From the NCBI GenBank assembly GCA_049325535.1, contig JBMOKY010000001.1:93002-157001 (forward strand): a stretch of 64,000 nucleotides of DNA. The letters run 5' to 3'. The translations under genes were made by a program, and so were the position numbers. The stretch comes from Patescibacteria group bacterium. Its GTDB lineage: Bacteria; Patescibacteriota; Patescibacteriia; UBA10025; JAHIVO01. Shown piece by piece: positions 58,852 through 64,000 of this stretch (the first letter of the stretch is position 1; each line of letters starts with the position of its first letter). The notes beneath the pieces were generated by a model that did not search any database, was not told the DNA's origin, and saw only the letters and a program-made list of their open reading frames with translations.

Positions 58852-59712
58852 ATGCACTCTCTATCCCGGGTGGCAGTTCAGTCGCTCGCCCGCCAGTATG
58901 GTATCACCCCGGATCGCCGTCAGGGGCAGAATTTTGTCATTGATCAGGCGGTGATTGACGCGATGGTGGCGAGCGCGGGAATCAAATCCGGTGAATCGGT
59001 GCTGGAGATCGGGCCAGGGCTGGGGGCGCTTTCCACCGCGTTGCTGGAGCACGGGGCTACCCTGGTTGCCGTGGAACAGGATCGCCGCATGATGCCGGCG
59101 CTGGCAAAAATTGCAGCAATGTATCCATCGCTGACTGTGGTCAGCGGTGATGTTTTTCGTTCTGCTCGCCAGTGGAGCGGAAAATTCCAGGATCGACAGT
59201 ATCAGCTAGTGGCAAATGTGCCCTATAACATCACCTCCCAGATATTTCGCTATTTTTTGGAGCATCCACCACGTCCCCATGCCATCACAGTGCTCATCCA
59301 GCGCGAGGTTGCTGAACGCATCACTGCCCAGCCGGGCGCCATGAGCCTGCTCAGTGTAGCGGTACAGTTGTATGCTCAGCCGAAAATAGTACGGTTGGTA
59401 TCGCCAGAATCTTTTTGGCCGGCACCAGCGGTTGATTCAGCGATTCTTCATGTGGACGGAATCGGGGCAGATGAACGTGGTTTTATCCGAGCGCTCGGGC
59501 CTGTGGCAGTTCGGGATTTTTTCCGGGTTGTGCGAATCGGATTTAGTGCCAGACGCAAACAGATTCATAATACGCTAAATGCCGGTCTGCAAATCGGGGC
59601 GGATCAGGTCGTACAAGCCCTGAAAACGGCTGATATTATTCCCCAGAGCCGTGCTCAGGAGGTCTCGATCGAGCAGTGGATTCGGTTGGCTCACGCGCTC
59701 AATCACCGATAG
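58852..59712 (+). CDS. rsmA: 16S rRNA m6,6A dimethyltransferase
   Basis: GQNFVID, VLEIGPGLG, ANVPYNITS, QREVAERI, F.P.P.VDSA, RRKQI. Confidence 0.97.
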   Translation: MHSLSRVAVQSLARQYGITPDRRQGQNFVIDQAVIDAMVASAGIKSGESVLEIGPGLGALSTALLEHGATLVAVEQDRRMMPALAKIAAMYPSLTVVSGDVFRSARQWSGKFQDRQYQLVANVPYNITSQIFRYFLEHPPRPHAITVLIQREVAERITAQPGAMSLLSVAVQLYAQPKIVRLVSPESFWPAPAVDSAILHVDGIGADERGFIRALGPVAVRDFFRVVRIGFSARRKQIHNTLNAGLQIGADQVVQALKTADIIPQSRAQEVSIEQWIRLAHALNHR

Positions 59713-59774
59713 TGCCTTTGTTTGACATTACGCTCAGATTATGATATAATGGGTGCACTAATCTGACCATTTTG

Positions 59775-60662
59775 ATGTCAGAAAATAAAAAGAAAAATGT
59801 ACTCCGAAAACTCTACTCAGATCCCTACCTCGGCCGATCGGAGATAGAACGGCGTACTCAGAAACGTGCCTTTATAATTTTACTGGTTTTGAGTTTTATT
59901 ACGCTTGGTTTAGGTGGTTGGCATATTGGCAGCCAGCTACGACAACCATTTGAGCCAAAAATCAATTCGAACCGGTCGAATACGAATGCAGTCAACACGA
60001 CGGTCACTCTGGCCGGGCTGGACGAATTGCGCTCAGAGGATACCGACGGTGACGGGGTGAGCGATTACGACGAATTTTACATATTTAAGACGAGTCCGTA
60101 TATCGTCGATAGTGATAGTGATGGTATCCCGGATAATGAGGAAATCGCGCAGGGCACTGATCCAAATTGTCCCACGGGAAAAAATTGTGCCCGTACCATC
60201 ATCGGTGATGATACGAATAGCGCGGTCAATGGCATTTTCCAGGATATCCAGCCGGATCAGCTGACCAATACCTCCAGCGTTGACATCAATAATTTATCGG
60301 CAGATGATGTGCGGCAGATACTCCGCGACGCCGGAGCATCGGAGGAGTTGCTCAGTCAGATTCCCGATGATGAGCTGTATGAGACCTATCGGCAGATTCT
60401 GGAGGAGCGCAATGCCAGCGACCAGAATACCAATGCGGCGACCAATGCTGCCGACCAGGATTACTCGGCGATGACCTATGAGGCGCTTCAGGGATTGTCC
60501 GCTTCCGAGATTCGGGAGTTCCTGGTCCAGAGCGGGGTGCCGGAGGAGACATTGGCCCAGGTGGATGATTCAACCCTGCAGACAATATTCCGGGAAAGTC
60601 TCCAGCAAAATGTCCAGGATTCTGGCCTGACAAATACAAACACCACTAATACCAATCAGTAG
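59775..60662 (+). CDS. Membrane-anchored protein with Ca-binding DxDxDG (TSP3-like) repeats
   Basis: TM helix; DTDGDGVSDYDE...TSPY..DSDSDGIPD.EE...GTDPNCP; repeated 'LS..E.R..L...G' helical unit. Confidence 0.82.
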   Translation: MSENKKKNVLRKLYSDPYLGRSEIERRTQKRAFIILLVLSFITLGLGGWHIGSQLRQPFEPKINSNRSNTNAVNTTVTLAGLDELRSEDTDGDGVSDYDEFYIFKTSPYIVDSDSDGIPDNEEIAQGTDPNCPTGKNCARTIIGDDTNSAVNGIFQDIQPDQLTNTSSVDINNLSADDVRQILRDAGASEELLSQIPDDELYETYRQILEERNASDQNTNAATNAADQDYSAMTYEALQGLSASEIREFLVQSGVPEETLAQVDDSTLQTIFRESLQQNVQDSGLTNTNTTNTNQ

Positions 60663-60677
60663 CACCTGTGATATCCC

Positions 60678-63600
60678 ATGGCTTCGAACATGCCACAGAA
60701 CAAATTCAGTAGAGCACGACGGTGGGTCCTGATTGGGGCTATGCTGTTTTTTGCCGTGCAATTGGTCGCCCCGGCCATCGCCGTGCCGCGGCCGGCGCAG
60801 GCACTCTTTGGCATCGGTGATGTGTCTATCACGGTCGGTGATATCCCCCGTACTATTTATGAAATCCTGAGCAAGACCCTGAAAACCGCTGCTGACGTGG
60901 CATTCAAAAACGTACTGCGCAACTACTTAAACAGCTTGGCCTATAATGTCGCTACGCAGATCGCTACCGGTGAAAAAGGCCAAAAACCCCTCTTCGTCAC
61001 CAATCCCAAGCAATTGCTCACTGACGCCGGTGATGCGGCAGCCGGTGATTTGCTGGACAGCATCGCCTCCGACTGGATCGGGAAATCAGCATGTCAGGGA
61101 TATCCCGGCACGAGCTGTAAAGCCGACGGTTCATGCGATCCGGTCAATCTCGCCTGCCCCGCGAATGCAAATATCTCCGACTGTCTTTCCAGCATCGAAA
61201 ATAAAAATGCGTGTATCGCGCAGGGCTGTATCGTGGTGCAGTGCACGCAGACTGACATCGAGTCGAGCAATTGTCCGCCGGAAAATCCGCCTGAAGGGTA
61301 TGAATACTATACCAGCGGTGCGCCAGAGTGTATCAGTAATTTTTCATTGTGCGACCTCGGTGACCCGACGCTGAAAATCCAGCTGAATGTGCTGGCTCGC
61401 AATACATATTTTGGGGTTGGTGGTGGCGCGGTCAGCGGCCGCTGTCCCCTGACGGACATCATCGATAAATACGACGAATACCGTGAGGCGATAGAAAACG
61501 GCACCACCGGAAATGCCCAGCCCGGCAAACAGTATCTGGTGGAATTTTCCAAGACATTCAACCCCGAAGCCACCCAGCTCGGTGCTTTTGTCGACATTTT
61601 AAACAATACCACCTCAGCTAAACTAGCCGAAACAGAGATAAACAAATTTGCCCAGAGCTTAGCCGGTGAATTCAAGCCGGTGACTAATCTGATCAGCGGC
61701 ACGGTGAAGACCCCGGCCAGCCTGCTGGGGAATGCTGCCACGTCGATATTTGGCAAATCGATTGACCCATACCTTACTTATACCGGGACGGCCATCGCCG
61801 ATGCGGTCGGGATATTTACCAATACGCTGGCCCAGAAACTCATCCAGCGCTATATCTTCGGGCTCGATCCGTCAACCAGCACCGGCGGCGGCAAGAGTAA
61901 AGGCTTAGCCAGTTTCCTCGGCGGATCCTCTCCGGGCGTCACCGCGGCGAAATTTCTTTTTTCCGATTTACAACAGACCAGCTATTCCGTAGCCGGTACG
62001 ACCGACATATTGAGCACTCTCTCCAGCTGCCCCAGCCCGAGTAATCCCACTCCCGGCACCTGCGTCATCGACAGCCGGTTCCGCACCGCCATCGAGCAGC
62101 AAATGACCGTCCAACAGGCGCTCGACCAGGGATTGCTCGACGGGTCAAAACCGTTTGGCTATACCGCCAGCGGTCTGGAACCGGAATACTATAATGGCTA
62201 TCCGTATCGCAGTCTGGTCATATTGCGCTCCTATCGTATCATTCCCGTCGGCTGGGAATTGGCCGCCCAATACATGAAGGATTTTTCCGCCGGCAACTAC
62301 AGTCTGAACAGTCTGATCGCCGACTATGACAATATCGATTCACCCTTCTATCGCCTGGTCGATCCGAATTGGGTGCTGAAAGCCCCAGAACTCTTCTGTC
62401 GGCGCGAGGGTGCGGGTGAGCAAGTCATTTCCCGAACCCCGATCCGCAATGAAGACACGAATGGCGATGGCATCATCAATACCAAAGACGCGGCAAGCTA
62501 TGTCGTGCAACGGCAGGGTGATTATTGCGCTGATGAACAGCAGTGCCTGAAGCAAAACGACGACGGTTCATGCGCGCAGTACGGCTATTGTATCGAGGAT
62601 AAAGATATCTGGAAATTCGCGGGTACCGCCTGTGATCCCCAGTTTGCTACCTGCCAATCACTGACCCGGTCGGACGGCACGCAGGTGTCCTATGTACTCA
62701 GCACAGTGGATACGAATGGGTGCAATGCCAGTAATGCCGGCTGCAAGTGGTACTGTGAAAATTCCAGTTGGAACGCGGCTACCGGACAGTATGCCTGTAA
62801 TGGCGCCCCTCCGGGAGCGACCGGTTCCGGAAACAAGATTAGTTTCAATGAGAGCGTGCGCCAGTGCGGATCATCGAGTGCCGGGTGTACTGCCCTGATT
62901 GCCCGGAAAAATTCCGGGGCAAATATCTACTGGAATACGGGTTTTGAGCAGTATGTGCAGACGCCGGACGGTCTATTTGACGGGACAAAAGATACCGCTG
63001 CACCGGATGATTTCAATTATTGGTCAATGTATGCTAATGCCGCCAATTGCGGCGTGCAACCGCTGGCTGTATCCGAGGCTCACAGCGGGTTCACCGCAAA
63101 TCGTCTGTCCAGTTATCCTGCTTGCGCTGGCTCGTCATTGCCCGGGCATCCTCTCGATGGCGGGAACGCGATCATGTCTCTTGCTCAGCCGAATTTTGAT
63201 TATTCGACGCCTGTCACCAGCCGAACATTTACCTTCTCTCTCTACGCGAAAAAGGCCGCCGATGATGCCGATTGTACCGCTGGCAACGGCCAGCTATCCT
63301 TTCATAGTTTGCGATATGACGGAACATGGGTACCAACAAAATTTGCCGATGTGACTACCACCGGGAACTGGACCAGATATTCGGGTACTTTTACCATACC
63401 GCGCCCAACGTTTGGGGGAGGGTCGACACAGTATTTAATAATGATAATTCGTCGTGAGCCGACTGACACGTGCGACGTGATTATCGACGATGTACAGCTC
63501 GAAGAGGGCAACCTGACCGCATATAAACCATACGAAGAAAATCCACAGACGCACCTAAAATTAGCCCCGTCATATCTGAATTGCCGTGGGCTGGCTACTG

Positions 63601-64000
63601 ATCCGGCGGAGTGCGCCCAGTACGCCCAGTATTGCGCTTATTATGAAGAGGGGTGTGAGGCGTACACTTCGGCCACCACCGGTCGGACCATCACCGGTAT
63701 CGTCAGCAATCCAAATGTGTGCAATCCGAACGTGCCGGGTTCCTGCGACCAGTGCCCGGCTGAGTACCAGGGTTGTTCTGCTTTCCGTGAACTGGCTATC
63801 GAGCGGCCGCCGTACCGGCCGTCGCGCGATCCGGTGTCATTTGTGGGGTCGAGCGGGCAGTCGTGTCCGGCATCAGCCGTCGGCTGTGAGGAATACACCA
63901 ATCTCGAAGCAGTGGCCGCAGGCGGCGAGGGCAAAGAATACTACAGTTTTGTTCGCATGTGCGTGCCAGATACCGATCCGCAGAAACAAGCGTACTATAC
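60678..64000 (+). CDS. Very large secreted Cys-rich surface protein (runs off window edge)
   Basis: Signal peptide ending PRPAQA|LFGIGD; same frame confirmed by spot checks at 62451, 62922 and 63480; many Cys clusters, EDTNGDGIINTKD loop, CBM-like N.GFE...IDDVQLEEG domain. Confidence 0.88.
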   Translation, partial: MASNMPQNKFSRARRWVLIGAMLFFAVQLVAPAIAVPRPAQALFGIGDVSITVGDIPRTIYEILSKTLKTAADVAFKNVLRNYLNSLAYNVATQIATGEKGQKPLFVTNPKQLLTDAGDAAAGDLLDSIASDWIGKSACQGYPGTSCKADGSCDPVNLACPANANISDCLSSIENKNACIAQGCIVVQCTQTDIESSNCPPENPPEGYEYYTSGAPECISNFSLCDLGDPTLKIQLNVLARNTYFGVGGGAVSGRCPLTDIIDKYDEYREAIENGTTGNAQPGKQYLVEFSKTFNPEATQLGAFVDILNNTTSAKLAETEINKFAQSLAGEFKPVTNLISGTVKTPASLLGNAATSIFGKSIDPYLTYTGTAIADAVGIFTNTLAQKLIQRYIFGLDPSTSTGGGKSKGLASFLGGSSPGVTAAKFLFSDLQQTSYSVAGTTDILSTLSSCPSPSNPTPGTCVIDSRFRTAIEQQMTVQQALDQGLLDGSKPFGYTASGLEPEYYNGYPYRSLVILRSYRIIPVGWELAAQYMKDFSAGNYSLNSLIADYDNIDSPFYRLVDPNWVLKAPELFCRREGAGEQVISRTPIRNEDTNGDGIINTKDAASYVVQRQGDYCADEQQCLKQNDDGSCAQYGYCIEDKDIWKFAGTACDPQFATCQSLTRSDGTQVSYVLSTVDTNGCNASNAGCKWYCENSSWNAATGQYACNGAPPGATGSGNKISFNESVRQCGSSSAGCTALIARKNSGANIYWNTGFEQYVQTPDGLFDGTKDTAAPDDFNYWSMYANAANCGVQPLAVSEAHSGFTANRLSSYPACAGSSLPGHPLDGGNAIMSLAQPNFDYSTPVTSRTFTFSLYAKKAADDADCTAGNGQLSFHSLRYDGTWVPTKFADVTTTGNWTRYSGTFTIPRPTFGGGSTQYLIMIIRREPTDTCDVIIDDVQLEEGNLTAYKPYEENPQTHLKLAPSYLNCRGLATDPAECAQYAQYCAYYEEGCEAYTSATTGRTITGIVSNPNVCNPNVPGSCDQCPAEYQGCSAFRELAIERPPYRPSRDPVSFVGSSGQSCPASAVGCEEYTNLEAVAAGGEGKEYYSFVRMCVPDTDPQKQAYY

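Noticed and set aside
1-64000. Alternative genetic code (UGA=Gly, as in Gracilibacteria/Absconditabacteria)
   Set aside because: Conserved genes such as leuS, comM and lspA end at TGA at the expected positions and are not interrupted by in-frame TGA

Overview
Bacterial chromosome segment, most likely from Patescibacteria/CPR (Parcubacteria-like). This placement is an inference from tRNA-Ile(UAU), SD-less or leaderless core genes, inserted domains in LeuRS and a giant Cys-rich secreted protein. Standard code 11 applies (TGA is stop). The backbone is housekeeping genes: smc, rnc-nusB-rpmF, gyrA, rpsA, ftsH, hup-ymdB-rny-clpP-nrnA-rbfA-infB, trxAB, gdh, lspA, comM, leuS, tsaC, rsmA. Three accessory islands interrupt it. 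(1) A ~10 kb block between rnc and smc holds purL, fused pyrB-pyrI, pyrF-STAS-pyrE and three tandem small beta-barrel paralogs with duplicated promoters. (2) A block between rpmF and gyrA holds a lone receiver protein, a two-micropeptide transcription unit and a GIY-YIG nuclease ending in covarying palindromic repeats. (3) A tRNA-adjacent block holds a palindrome-disrupted tRNA remnant and three copies of a 27-bp hairpin separating orphan genes. An AT-rich region at ~36.7-38.7 kb has two perfect parS sites, three tRNAs and a switch in gene orientation, so it is probably origin-proximal. LeuRS carries two in-frame inserted domains: a serine alpha/beta-hydrolase and an ASCH/PUA-like domain. No CRISPR array, rRNA, transposase or integrase was seen. 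All functional calls come from motif recognition by eye; no database searches were run.
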